Below the pieces are notes generated by a model. It was not told where the DNA came from and did not search any database. It worked only from the letters and a program-made list of their open reading frames with translations. Below are positions 49,436-59,814 of a stretch of 64,000 bases of DNA, one piece after another. Each line of letters opens with the position of its first letter. The first letter of the stretch is position 1. The position numbers and the translations under genes are program-made. Source of the DNA: an uncultured delta proteobacterium (lineage in GTDB: Bacteria; Desulfobacterota; Binatia; Binatales; Binataceae); the NCBI GenBank assembly GCA_963724765.1, contig CAVRVY010000001.1, positions 64,001-128,000 of the forward strand, in the 5' to 3' direction.

Positions 49436-49528
49436 TTAAGACCCCCGCGCAGAACTCGCTGGGCGAGCCGCTTATTCGTCTAACTGATGTCTAAATCGGA
49501 ACGCGCGAAAATGGCTATCGTCGCCGGG

Positions 49529-51064
49529 TCAATGGACCTCGCCGACTCCCGCCAATGCGACTAATGCCCCCGGCAGCCTCGCCAATGCTTTCGCGCTTTC
49601 GGTCGCGGCGCGTTGCAAAGCCAGCAGGCGGTAGCGTTCACCAAGCGCCCATGCCAGGCCGAACAGCACGCCCACGCTATCGGTGAAGTCGCCCAGCAAT
49701 TCTTCGGTCATGTTGTTGATCAGGATCGGAATCACTATCAGAAAAAAAATCGCTTTAAGGTTCCATGTATTGCCCTGCTGGCGGAACACGAACACCCACG
49801 GCCGCAGAATGATGAATAGCCACAGTACAGTGGCCGGGATGCCAACTCCAACGGCATGGTCGAGGTATCCGTTGTGCAGTGAGCTATGCGGCCCGAGATC
49901 CCAGGGGCCCCACCAGATAGGGAAGTATGAGCTTTGGAAGATGGCCCCCGACACCGCGTATCCGTAACCCAGGATGGGCCGGTCTTTTATTTGCTGCACT
50001 ACGAAGTCCCAGATGTCGGTGCGGCCGGTCAAGGTACCCACATCGCCACGTCCGGTGTACGCGGCCAGGTTGCCGTGAGAATAGATGACTAACGCTACGC
50101 CAAGCGCCGCGGTGCCAGCCGCCAACAGCAGCACGCCGCGCGCACGCCATCTCCACACCGAGTACAGCGTGATACCCACTGCCAGAGCAAGAAACGGGGA
50201 CCGCGAATCGGCCAACCCCGCCAGCACCACCGAAGCGGCAATCAGGGCCGCCAAGACTACACGCACGCGACCGCTCGCCTTCGGCCAACACACCAGCGCC
50301 GGCCCAACGAGGATGAGCATCAGCCCGCCCATATCGTTCGGCCCGCCGAGCAGCCCTTTGAAGCGGTCAACGCCATCCACCGTGATTCCCAGTTTCAGCA
50401 TTCCGTGCAGTTCTTCGGGGGTGAAACTTTCCAGTGGGCTTATCCACGTCTGGCTATGCGGCAATACCAGACCGCTGGCCGCGTTCAGGGCCAGAATTAT
50501 TCCGGCGCCCACGAGAAAGTGAGCCAACAGGCGCGTGGCGTTGTTGGCCTCGCGCACATCGAGCACGATTGCTGCAAGCACCGCCAGCATCAGGAATGCC
50601 TCGCCCAGGCGGGCCAGCGAATATTCGGGAGCCAGGGAGTAGGTGATCGTTACAGCCGCCCAGATAAAATAGATCGTGTACAGTTTGAACCCGCCACTGC
50701 GGAACATGTCGGAGCGTAGTGCCGTGGCGACAACCGGAAAACAGAGCAGCGCGAGCGCACCATAGTGGAAGGCGGCACGCTCGGACGGGTCGAGAAACGA
50801 TAATCCGTTAATCAGGAAGACCAGAACGAGGGCGCAAATCAGCCAATCACGATGACGCATGACGTAAGGCAGGCCAAATAGCACGACCAGCAACGCGGCA
50901 ACGCCGCCCACCGCCAGCAACAGCTTGCTGCTGTCGATCTGCATGCTGTACAGGAGGACGAACGCCGCAGCCGCAGCAATCATGAGCCGCGCGGCATGCA
51001 ACGCCCCACCCTCGCGCGGTGACGGGGAAAACAAGGTTGCGTCGAGTCCCGCCATTTTCATCAC
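49529..51064 (-). CDS. O-antigen ligase / Wzy-like membrane protein
   Basis: About 12 TM helices; PN, SR, TLTGRTDIW, PILGYG, HNGYL. Confidence 0.9.
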   Translation of the reverse strand: MMKMAGLDATLFSPSPREGGALHAARLMIAAAAAFVLLYSMQIDSSKLLLAVGGVAALLVVLFGLPYVMRHRDWLICALVLVFLINGLSFLDPSERAAFHYGALALLCFPVVATALRSDMFRSGGFKLYTIYFIWAAVTITYSLAPEYSLARLGEAFLMLAVLAAIVLDVREANNATRLLAHFLVGAGIILALNAASGLVLPHSQTWISPLESFTPEELHGMLKLGITVDGVDRFKGLLGGPNDMGGLMLILVGPALVCWPKASGRVRVVLAALIAASVVLAGLADSRSPFLALAVGITLYSVWRWRARGVLLLAAGTAALGVALVIYSHGNLAAYTGRGDVGTLTGRTDIWDFVVQQIKDRPILGYGYAVSGAIFQSSYFPIWWGPWDLGPHSSLHNGYLDHAVGVGIPATVLWLFIILRPWVFVFRQQGNTWNLKAIFFLIVIPILINNMTEELLGDFTDSVGVLFGLAWALGERYRLLALQRAATESAKALARLPGALVALAGVGEVH

Positions 51065-51472
51065 TGCTGTGTCTGGACCATAAAAATGGGCGGCGGCGGT
51101 GTTGGATTTCCATCACCACCCCCGCGCGCGAAGGTTCTGCGGATTCAGCAACCGTTGTGCCATCGCGGATGCACAGCAATTTCAGGGAGGATGCCTCTAT
51201 TAGCGTCATATTTGGCGAGTCAAGCAGGGGGCCGTATGTAAATCGTACCGAATCCTACGGTAATTCTTTCTTTCTCGCTGCCATCGGCCGCGCAGCGCGA
51301 AAGCAGCGCTTATTGCGCCTAGTCGCAGGGGATCGGGTGAGAGATGCAAGGGAGAGCCAGTCGCCAGACAGGCCGGCTTGGGTAGGGCTCTCGCACTGCT
51401 GCCGAGCGCGCATCGCGCACGCCGGCCTGCGGCCGGCGTGCGGATGCGGCTCTGCGGATGCGGCTCTATGGT

Positions 51473-52651
51473 TCAATCGGGCCAATTGACCGACGGCCAG
51501 CGGCTCTTCCATGGCTTGGTCGAGTAATAATTCTGTATGATGCTGATGTACCATTCCGCGCCGCTGGTGGAATTTCCGTCATACCAATCTCCTGAATAAT
51601 GGTATCCGATACATCCCCACAGGATGGTATTTAGGTTGCCGCTGGCGATGTCACTCGCATAACTGTGGCCGTTGTTTGCTGCACGTCCGGCGAAGTAACC
51701 GGCGAGATCGCCGTCCATACAGGCCCGTTGGTCCGCAAAGCGGTAATCCGCCGCGAACGCAGTCGAATCATGTATCATCGGCCAAGTCTGCCAGTTGTTA
51801 TATACCTTGGTCTGCCAATTGCTCCAACTCTGGTAGCAGCAGTCCGTGCACATGTAATTCCACAGGCTGGTGAAGTCGCCGTTGACGCATTGTGAATAGG
51901 AAGTCCGCTCGTCTCCTCCGCTGTCAACCTGGTTCCAACTCCAATTTTCCCCCGTAGCCTGCGCGCGTACCACATCCTCGTCGATGCCCCATTTGCACGC
52001 GGCCCATCGATAGATCATGTCGGTGGTGCCGGTATACTGCCCGTCGACCCTGGCGTACGCCCATTCGCCGCCATAGAGATTGGCGGAATAGCCTTCGGCG
52101 GCATATTCTGCCAGTTGTGCCGAGGTAGGTTCCGTATTGTTGGGGCCATCGTTGGCCGGGACCATTTCGCTTTCCGATCCGATCTGCGAGGCACAGGAGG
52201 AATCGCTCGGCAGTGTTGCGCTACTGGACAGGGTGCTAAAATGGCTAGTGCTGGTGGTGCTACTGCTGCCGCCGCTGCTGCTGCCACCGCCACCGCCAGA
52301 AGAACCGTTCTCGACCGTAACCGTAATGGACTCGGAGGCGTTGGCCGGTTCTCCAGACGGATATGCGTTGACGGTTATAACATGGCTGCCATTGGCAACT
52401 CCGGCGCTGTTCCATGTGAAGCTGACATTGCCGGTCGCCGCGGTCGAAAGGCCGTTGCCGTCGACGAAGAGTTTCGACCACCAGGCATTGTTGACGTATG
52501 TCTTGACCGTGACGGTTCCGCTCACCGTCGCACCGTTGGACGGTGAGTCGATGATGACCTCACCGTATGCCGGCCCTACGCCTTGTGCCAACAGAGAGAA
52601 GAGCAACAAAAACAAAAAACCTCGATAGCTCATAGCGTTTTCCCCATTCAC
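51473..52651 (-). CDS. Secreted Ig-like domain + Ser/Gly linker + lysozyme/SLT-like domain protein
   Basis: Signal peptide, SPSNGATVSG..WNS..VANGSH Ig-like domain, then the domain shared with 46791-47660. Confidence 0.7.
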   Translation of the reverse strand: MNGENAMSYRGFLFLLLFSLLAQGVGPAYGEVIIDSPSNGATVSGTVTVKTYVNNAWWSKLFVDGNGLSTAATGNVSFTWNSAGVANGSHVITVNAYPSGEPANASESITVTVENGSSGGGGGSSSGGSSSTTSTSHFSTLSSSATLPSDSSCASQIGSESEMVPANDGPNNTEPTSAQLAEYAAEGYSANLYGGEWAYARVDGQYTGTTDMIYRWAACKWGIDEDVVRAQATGENWSWNQVDSGGDERTSYSQCVNGDFTSLWNYMCTDCCYQSWSNWQTKVYNNWQTWPMIHDSTAFAADYRFADQRACMDGDLAGYFAGRAANNGHSYASDIASGNLNTILWGCIGYHYSGDWYDGNSTSGAEWYISIIQNYYSTKPWKSRWPSVNWPD

Positions 52652-53365
52652 TTCTTAAAGCAACACGAAGGACCTTCGTCACGAGGCCCTGCCTCGATTG
52701 AAGACGCACCGGTTGCCAGGCGTCGCTTGCGGGCGCAAGTCTGCGCCACCGGACGCGCCGGTATTGTCCGTAACGCCAGCCGGGACAGCCGGACGCGATC
52801 AAAGAACGCTGTCTTATGACCGCGAACCAGACTCAGCTGGTGTGGCCGACCGTTCTTCGGTCTGACGTAACTCGGTGAACTCTACGAAAGGGTCAGGAGA
52901 TGTGAGGAGAGGGAGAGCCGCGGCCGCCAAAGGTATGAACGATATGCACGGTCTTCATGGAGTGACTGCAACGCTGGGCCGACGGCTCGTCACCGCGGCA
53001 ACACTGACCTCGAACGAAACACCCCAACATCGTTCGCTCCCCCTAAGTCGAAATCAAACCATCCGAAAAAAAATGGATGCAATCCTAGTACGCCTGTCGA
53101 ATTTCGCTGTCAAGGTTTCTGCAAATATATTTATCAACAACCTGCCCCGCCACTCTTTTTGCACAGTCCAGGCACTTACAGAGCCCAGTCTGGCTATGTG
53201 CGGCTCTGACGGATCGGCTCCGAATGGATCGTTGGAAGTGCCCCTTGATCGCCGCAACATCGGCAGAATCAGAAACATCTCCGGCCGATCGGCAAGAATT
53301 TCAGAGCGCATTCTCGATTTTGCGGGCATATCTCCAAAAATGCTTAGGCTTAGTCGCGTTTGAAT

Positions 53366-53402
53366 GGGCATAAAGCTCGCGATTTAAGGCATAAAAGTTG
53401 CT
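53366..53402 (+). promoter_or_regulatory. Putative sigma54 promoter(s)
   Basis: Two tandem GG-N10-GC elements, GGCATAAAGCTCGC (53367) and GGCATAAAAGTTGC (53388), ~45 bp before the operon. Confidence 0.5.
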
Positions 53403-53443
53403 CCATCCGTCGGCAGACGGAACCACCGCGGTGACAAATTAGA

Positions 53444-54388
53444 GTGTCCAGTTTCAACGAACAGACTCCTGTCATGCCACCATTTGCGCAGAACCGGCTC
53501 ACCCGGCTGACCAAATTCCTCATCTCCGCGGGTTTTTACGTCGTGCGTGAGACACTGCGCGCCGTCTCGCGACTGCTCGGAGCACGTCAGCCCGGGCGGG
53601 CTGTCGCAATTTACTACCATCAGGTGTTTGCGGCGGAACGCGCGCGTTTCTCTCGCCAGATGGATCACCTTCTGCGATGGACGGCGCCGATTCCCGCGGA
53701 TCATGGCGAGCCTCTACCCGCGGGAGTGCGCTGCGCGATGGTGACGATGGACGACGGATGGATTAGTTTCGTCGAGAACGCACTCCCTGAGCTGCGCAGC
53801 CGGAACATCCCGGTAACAATTTTCGTCGTCGCCGATTGTATGGGCGAGAGCCTCGGCGAGGCTGCGGATCATATAATGTCCGAGAAGGAACTGCACGGAC
53901 TGGCGCCTGACCTTGCACGTGGTTTGGTCACAATCGGATCGCATACCAGCACCCACGCACGCGTCACTGCACTGGATGAGCGCGAGGCCTGGCGCGAACT
54001 GTCCGAGTCGCGCGCCCATCTGGAGCGAATTCTCGGCCGGGAAGTGAAGCTCTTCTGTTTTCCATTCGGTGTCTATAGTGCGGAGGCGGTGGAGCTGTGT
54101 CGCGCCGCCGGTTACGAACGGGTGTTCAGTGGGATGCCGTCGCCGGCGTTGCGCGATCCGCACGAGTTCCTGATTGGAAGAATGCGCGTCGATCCCGGCG
54201 ACTGGCTGCTCGAGTTTCATTTGAAGCTGATGGGTGCCTATGACTGGGTGCCGTTGGCGGCGTCTCTTAAGCGTCGAGTTCTTGGCCTCGCGCGTATCGG
54301 CCGCCGCAGGCGTGCGGATTCGCTGCCGAAGCCCCGCCAGCCGGACTCGATCGCGTCGCAGGAGATTGCCGCGACCTCTTCCAAGTAA
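53444..54388 (+). CDS. Polysaccharide deacetylase (NodB/CE4)
   Basis: YYH, VTMDDG, IGSHTSTH, FCFPFG. Confidence 0.9.
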   Translation: MSSFNEQTPVMPPFAQNRLTRLTKFLISAGFYVVRETLRAVSRLLGARQPGRAVAIYYHQVFAAERARFSRQMDHLLRWTAPIPADHGEPLPAGVRCAMVTMDDGWISFVENALPELRSRNIPVTIFVVADCMGESLGEAADHIMSEKELHGLAPDLARGLVTIGSHTSTHARVTALDEREAWRELSESRAHLERILGREVKLFCFPFGVYSAEAVELCRAAGYERVFSGMPSPALRDPHEFLIGRMRVDPGDWLLEFHLKLMGAYDWVPLAASLKRRVLGLARIGRRRRADSLPKPRQPDSIASQEIAATSSK

Positions 54389-54424
54389 ATATCGATTTTC
54401 TTTCGGCCAGTGCGGGCGATCTAG

Positions 54425-56194
54425 ATGGTTAAAGCTCAACAGGATGCGGCGAATATCCTTGTCGTCTCGGATTTCAACGCCCGCAACCTGGCATCCTTGA
54501 TCTCCAACTGCCGCACCGATGGAATGCGGTTGCGAGCTACAGCCGCTCCGTTCGGACAAGTGATGCAGTTGCTGCTCTCGCCGCGCGCGGAAGTTTGGGA
54601 GCCGGATCTTGACGCGGCTGTGGTGTGGACTTCGCCCCAGTCCGTGTCCAAGGCTTATGCAAACCTGCTGGCGTACGAATCGTTATCGGTCGAAGTGATG
54701 GTCAGCGAGGTAAAAGCGTATGCCCTCGCGCTCAGCACGATCCCCGTTCATCTGAAATCCATCTTCGTTCCCACCTGGACCCCGCTCCATCCCTTCGAGG
54801 GCCGCCGCGGACTGCTCGACATGAGCCCGGCCATGGGTCCGGCGGCCGCATTGATGCGGATGAACCTGGCTCTTGCCGAGGAGGTCCAGAAGGATAAACG
54901 GATACATCTATTCGATTCGGCGCGATGGATCGCTTCAGCGGGAGAACGTTCGTACGATGCACGAATGTGGTATTTGTCCAAGACGCCCTTCGCAGTCGAT
55001 GTTTTCAAAGAAGCAGCGCGCGATATCGTCGCGGCGCTGAGAGGAATAAAAGGCGGCGCGCGCAAGCTCGTCATCCTCGATCTTGACGATACTCTGTGGG
55101 GCGGCGTCGTCGGCGACCTCGGCTGGAGAAATCTTCGTCTTGGCGGACACGACCCGGTGGGCGAAGCCTACCAGGATTTTCAGCTTGCGCTCAAAGCCCT
55201 GACCCGGCGCGGGATCCTGCTCGCCATCGCCAGTAAGAACGAAGAACACACGGCGCTCGAAGCGATAGCCTCTCATCCGGAGATGGTATTGAAACTCGCC
55301 GATTTCGCTGGCTGGCGCATCAACTGGAACGACAAGGTCCAAAACATTATCCAGCTGACCGCGGATCTCAATCTGGGCCTCGCCGCAGCCGTATTTATCG
55401 ACGACAATCCGGTTGAGCGTGCACGCGTGCGCGAAGCGCTGCCCACCCTGCTGGTACCAGAGTGGCCGCAGAACCCGCTCCACTATGTAACGACGCTCGG
55501 GGCTCTCGATTGCTTCGACGCTCCGTTTGTGAGCGCCGAAGACCGTGAGCGCACCGCGATGTACGTCTCCGAGCGCAGGCGCCAGCAGTTGCAGGACGAG
55601 GCGCCGTCGCTCGAGACCTGGCTCAGTACCCTCGAGTTGAAAGTCCGCGTCGAAGAATTGAGCGCCGGCAATCTCGAGCGCACGACGCAACTTCTCAACA
55701 AGACCAACCAGATGAATATGCGCACGCGCCGAATGTCGAGTCGCGAATTGGCCGCCTGGGCCATCGAACCTGGTCGTCAGCTTCTCGTATTCCGGGTCGC
55801 CGACAGGTTTGGCGACTATGGCCTGGTGGGGATTGCGGGCCTGAGTTTCGATCAGGTGGCCAGGACGGCCGAGATCGAAGATTTCGTGTTGAGCTGCCGC
55901 GTCATGGGCAGAAAGATTGAGGAAACGATGCTTCGCGTGCTGGCCGTGCATGCCAAGTCCGCGGGGGCGGTCTCAATGTCGGGCCAATATCTCGCGACGC
56001 CGAAGAATCAGCCATGTCTGCGTTTTTTCAAGACCAGCGGTATGACGCAGAATACGGACGGGCAGCCTGGACACGCCGCTTTTCATTGGAACCTGGATAA
56101 TGAATATCCGCTTCCCGGATTCGTAACTCTGTCCTGGGCGGATGGCGCGGAGCCGGGCCGCCCGGGTTTGTCTCCGGAGCTAGCAGCGACCTGA
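54425..56194 (+). CDS. FkbH-like HAD-IIIC phosphatase/glyceryltransferase
   Basis: LDLDDTLWGG, ASKN, FIDDNPVER, QLLNKTNQ, DRFGDYG, LSCRVMGR. Confidence 0.93.
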   Translation: MVKAQQDAANILVVSDFNARNLASLISNCRTDGMRLRATAAPFGQVMQLLLSPRAEVWEPDLDAAVVWTSPQSVSKAYANLLAYESLSVEVMVSEVKAYALALSTIPVHLKSIFVPTWTPLHPFEGRRGLLDMSPAMGPAAALMRMNLALAEEVQKDKRIHLFDSARWIASAGERSYDARMWYLSKTPFAVDVFKEAARDIVAALRGIKGGARKLVILDLDDTLWGGVVGDLGWRNLRLGGHDPVGEAYQDFQLALKALTRRGILLAIASKNEEHTALEAIASHPEMVLKLADFAGWRINWNDKVQNIIQLTADLNLGLAAAVFIDDNPVERARVREALPTLLVPEWPQNPLHYVTTLGALDCFDAPFVSAEDRERTAMYVSERRRQQLQDEAPSLETWLSTLELKVRVEELSAGNLERTTQLLNKTNQMNMRTRRMSSRELAAWAIEPGRQLLVFRVADRFGDYGLVGIAGLSFDQVARTAEIEDFVLSCRVMGRKIEETMLRVLAVHAKSAGAVSMSGQYLATPKNQPCLRFFKTSGMTQNTDGQPGHAAFHWNLDNEYPLPGFVTLSWADGAEPGRPGLSPELAAT

Positions 56195-56225
56195 AATCGA
56201 GCTTTGCCGCCTGGAGGCGGCAATC

Positions 56226-56792
56226 ATGATGGACAGCGGAGCGATCAATGGCGCGAAGGACGACCGTAGATCCTTGCTGGGGAGGGTGTTCAATCGCGCG
56301 TTGCACCTGATGGCGCGCGTGCTGCCCGGCAGCAGGAGCCTGCGGCCCTTCCTGCATCGTTTACGCGGAGTGAGTATAGGCAACAACGTATTCATTGGTG
56401 ACGATGTTTACCTGGAGAACGAGTATCCAGCGTGCATCGAGATAGAGGACGATGTTGAAATCGGCCTGCGTTCGGTGATTATTGCACATCTGCGCGGTCC
56501 GGGGAGAGTGGTGATCAAGAAGACCGCCTGGATCGGGGCTTGTTGCCTGATCAGCAGTGCGAAGGGGCGGGTTCTGACTATTGGCGAAGGCGCCGTGGTA
56601 GGAGCTGGCTCGGTAATTACAAGCGACATACCAGCCTTCGCGTTTGTCAAACCGGCAGCACCGCAACAGGTGGCGACCGTATCGGTCCCGTTGGCCACCG
56701 CTCCGTCGTACATGGCCTTCCTCCGGGGACTCAGACCGACGCGCCCGGCAGCCAGCGTTCGCGACGGAACTTCCGCCAAGACCGTTACATAG
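56226..56792 (+). CDS. Hexapeptide-repeat acyltransferase
   Basis: IGNNVFIG, WIGA, IGEGAVVGAGSVITSDIP. Confidence 0.88.
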   Translation: MMDSGAINGAKDDRRSLLGRVFNRALHLMARVLPGSRSLRPFLHRLRGVSIGNNVFIGDDVYLENEYPACIEIEDDVEIGLRSVIIAHLRGPGRVVIKKTAWIGACCLISSAKGRVLTIGEGAVVGAGSVITSDIPAFAFVKPAAPQQVATVSVPLATAPSYMAFLRGLRPTRPAASVRDGTSAKTVT

Positions 56793-56817
56793 AGCGGGCC
56801 GCGAGGAAGAGAATCAG

Positions 56818-57141
56818 ATGTCAGATTCGAATGGCAGCAGCGTTTCGGCCACGGAAGCAGTCGTATTTCGTGCCGTAGATCGCGTTAACGAACTACTGGC
56901 TGAAACTCAACAGCTCAAAAGAAGCCGCACGATTCCGCTCATGGAAGATGGCACCGCTCTCGACTCCCTTGCACTCATAAATCTTCTGGTGTTCATCGAG
57001 GACGAGATTCGCGACACCTTTGGGCAGGAAATCATACTGGCAGGAGAAGACCCAACGGGTCCGCTCAAAGATAGTGACCTGAAGACACTGGGTAGCCTGA
57101 TTGACGCGCTACAGAATCTGCTTGCGGCCCGGCCGCGGTGA
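56818..57141 (+). CDS. Acyl carrier protein
   Basis: LDSLALINLLVFIED phosphopantetheine motif; acidic; 107 aa. Confidence 0.82.
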   Translation: MSDSNGSSVSATEAVVFRAVDRVNELLAETQQLKRSRTIPLMEDGTALDSLALINLLVFIEDEIRDTFGQEIILAGEDPTGPLKDSDLKTLGSLIDALQNLLAARPR

Positions 57142-57147
57142 AGTATC

Positions 57148-58935
57148 TTGTCTCCGAGTCTCGCCCTGCTATCGTGCCCCGAGTCCCGCAACTCGGACCT
57201 GAACCTGGCAAAGCTCGCCGAGATGATGGGCGTGGCAGTGGTGACGTTTGAAGCGGGTGAGGTTGAGGCGACAGAGGATCTGTTGGCCGTGGTGCGCGGC
57301 CACGGGCATCGGACTCTCGCGGCGAGCAGCGCTACGCTGGCGCGGCTCACGCATAAAGCGCGACAAGACGGATGTTCCGCCAGTGCGCTGCTTGACGGGT
57401 TTGACCATGCATTAATTTATGGCTTTGAAAGGACCGGGCAGGGTGATCTGGCCGCCTGGATGACTGATCGTGCGCTGTGCAGGCCGACCCAACTTGATGG
57501 TAGCGCCCGCGAATACTCAATTTCAGAGTCCATGAGAGAGATATGCGGCCAGCTTTCCGGGCTGGCTTTTCCAGTGGACCGGCGGGCCAGCGCCTTTGTA
57601 CCCAGTCAACCCGATGTTCTCGAAAGCACCGTTACCGGAATCATCGTCGCGCAGGAACGCCCATATTTTGCGGTTACGCGCCAGGGCGGCTGCGAAATCT
57701 TCCTGCTGGCATGTACCGGCATGCTGGACATCGATGCTGACGCGGCGGCAGGGGACTTTCAAACGCCCCATTACGCGGACCTGCTGCCGCCGTTGATGTT
57801 TCTGCGCTACGCTTTCGGAGAGGCCTGTTGGAGAAATCCCGCACCGCGCGCCACCCTGACGATAGACGACCCGCTCCTGAGACCCCGTTATGGATTCCTG
57901 GCCTTTGACGAGTTGATAGCTGAGATGGAGGCTCATCGATTCGCGGCCACCGTGGCATTCATTCCGTGGAACTATCGCAGAAGCTCGCGTTACGTGACGG
58001 ACCTGCTCTGCAAGCATCGCGACCGCATCTCGATTTGCATCCACGGCTGCGATCACACGGGAGGTGAGTTTGTAAGCAGCGACGAGGCGCTGCTCAGGAA
58101 CAAGGCCCGGACCGCGTTGCGCAGAAGCCGCTGGCATGAGGATATCACCGGTCTCGCGTGCGACCCGATCATGATTTTTCCGCAGGGCGGTTTCACCAGT
58201 GCCGCGCTAAGCGCGCTCAAAGCCGAGGGCTATCTTGGAGCAGTCAATACCTCGGTCTTGCCTGCTGATTGGCGTCCCGGCGATCTGGCTATCAGGGATC
58301 TGCTTGACGTCGCGGTCACCCGCTATGACGGCTTTCCAGTTTTCGGCAGAAGATACCCAAGGTCAGCGCTTCCCTTCGCGCTGGACCTGTTCATGGGCAA
58401 GCCGGCACTAATAGTCGAGCATCACGATTATTTCAAAAGCGGATACACCGCGGTACGTGAATTCGTCGATCGTATAAACGCGCTCGACCCGCTGCTCTCC
58501 TGGCAGCCGCTCAAGCAAACTCTGGTCGGCAGCGCACTGTACAAAAGAACGGGGCAAAGAACGGCCAAAGTCAAGGTCTATACCGAGCAGTGTGTGCTTA
58601 CTAATCCGTTTGGCGACTCGATGACGTTCAGGATTTCGAAAAGAGGTGGCTTCGGTGATTCGCTCAAATGCGTACTGCGCGACGGACTTCCGCTTGAGCA
58701 TAGTGTGACTGGAGACTACATCGAGGCGGAGCTTGAACTGGAACCGGGCGGCCACGCCTTGATCGACGTGTCCCGATTCGACGGCAGTACACAGGCCGAG
58801 GTCAGTAACCGAATCACTTACGAAGCCAAAGTGGCGCTCCGGCGTTACCTTTCGGAGTTTCGCGATAACCATCTTGCGGGGAGCGACCGCCTGACCGCGC
58901 TCTCGAAAAAGTTCGCGCGCCGAATTCCGGTGTGA
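57148..58935 (+). CDS. Protein with central deacetylase-like (CE4/DUF2334-like) domain
   Basis: LTIDDP, IHGCDHT, FPQG, VEHH. Confidence 0.6.
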   Translation: MSPSLALLSCPESRNSDLNLAKLAEMMGVAVVTFEAGEVEATEDLLAVVRGHGHRTLAASSATLARLTHKARQDGCSASALLDGFDHALIYGFERTGQGDLAAWMTDRALCRPTQLDGSAREYSISESMREICGQLSGLAFPVDRRASAFVPSQPDVLESTVTGIIVAQERPYFAVTRQGGCEIFLLACTGMLDIDADAAAGDFQTPHYADLLPPLMFLRYAFGEACWRNPAPRATLTIDDPLLRPRYGFLAFDELIAEMEAHRFAATVAFIPWNYRRSSRYVTDLLCKHRDRISICIHGCDHTGGEFVSSDEALLRNKARTALRRSRWHEDITGLACDPIMIFPQGGFTSAALSALKAEGYLGAVNTSVLPADWRPGDLAIRDLLDVAVTRYDGFPVFGRRYPRSALPFALDLFMGKPALIVEHHDYFKSGYTAVREFVDRINALDPLLSWQPLKQTLVGSALYKRTGQRTAKVKVYTEQCVLTNPFGDSMTFRISKRGGFGDSLKCVLRDGLPLEHSVTGDYIEAELELEPGGHALIDVSRFDGSTQAEVSNRITYEAKVALRRYLSEFRDNHLAGSDRLTALSKKFARRIPV

Positions 58936-58953
58936 AGCAGAGAGGGCAGAATC

Positions 58954-59814
58954 ATGTTGCTGCGCAAGCTTCGCGAACAGCGTAGCGCTCGCTACCGCAT
59001 CCTGAGGGAGCGCCTCACTGAACCGCTTCATCTAAACCTGGCATCCGTGCTAGTTGCGCTGGTGGGCTCGTTTCGCGCCAAAGTCGCGTGCGACCTGGTA
59101 AGCCGGCCGCATTACGCTTACGGAATACTCGCCGCGGCGGACCAGGCGCTCGAAGCAGGACAAAAGGCGATCACCGCGGTGGAATTCGGTGTTGCCGCGG
59201 GCGAGGGCTTGCTTAACATGTGCGTCATCGCGGAACAGGTTAAACGTGCCACTGGCGTGCAGGTCAACATCGCTGGCTTCGATAGCGGGAAAGGCATGCC
59301 CCCGCCGGCCGACTATCGAGACCATCCCGAAGAGTTCCAGGCCGGTGATTTTCCGATGTCCCACGATCAATTGAGGCCGAGACTTCCGGCGAATTGCCAA
59401 CTGGTGCTGGGGCCGGTTCAGGAAACCGTCCCCGCATTTCTGAAGAATTCGCTCAGCTCGGCATCTCCGCTGGGGTTTGCCGCATTCGATTTGGATTATT
59501 ATTCATCGACCAGACAGGCATTGACGCTGCTGGCGGACAATGACGCTTCAAAATACCTGTTCCTGCCCTTCTTGTATTTCGACGATATTGTCCTGCCAAC
59601 GTACAACGAATGGGCCGGTGAGCTTTTGGCGATGAAGGAGTTCAACGCCGAACACGAGATGAGAAAGATCGAGCAGTACCGCTTCTTGCGTTCGCGGCGG
59701 ATCTTCAAGGCCGCGCGCTGGATCGACCAGATGTTTCTGCTGCACCTGTTCGATCATCCGCGAATTAGCCAGACACGTGAGACTAAGAGAGCGATGCCGA
59801 ACGTCTACTTCTAG
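58954..59814 (+). CDS. TylF/MycF-like methyltransferase-fold protein
   Basis: EFGVAAGEG, GFDS.KGMP, FDLDYYSST, YFDD. Confidence 0.7.
   Translation: MLLRKLREQRSARYRILRERLTEPLHLNLASVLVALVGSFRAKVACDLVSRPHYAYGILAAADQALEAGQKAITAVEFGVAAGEGLLNMCVIAEQVKRATGVQVNIAGFDSGKGMPPPADYRDHPEEFQAGDFPMSHDQLRPRLPANCQLVLGPVQETVPAFLKNSLSSASPLGFAAFDLDYYSSTRQALTLLADNDASKYLFLPFLYFDDIVLPTYNEWAGELLAMKEFNAEHEMRKIEQYRFLRSRRIFKAARWIDQMFLLHLFDHPRISQTRETKRAMPNVYF

Noticed and set aside
52652-53365. Coding gene or structured ncRNA in the long divergent intergenic region
   Set aside because: The ORFs there (e.g. 52875-53363) show no motifs, and no convincing RNA structure was seen; more likely a regulatory region.
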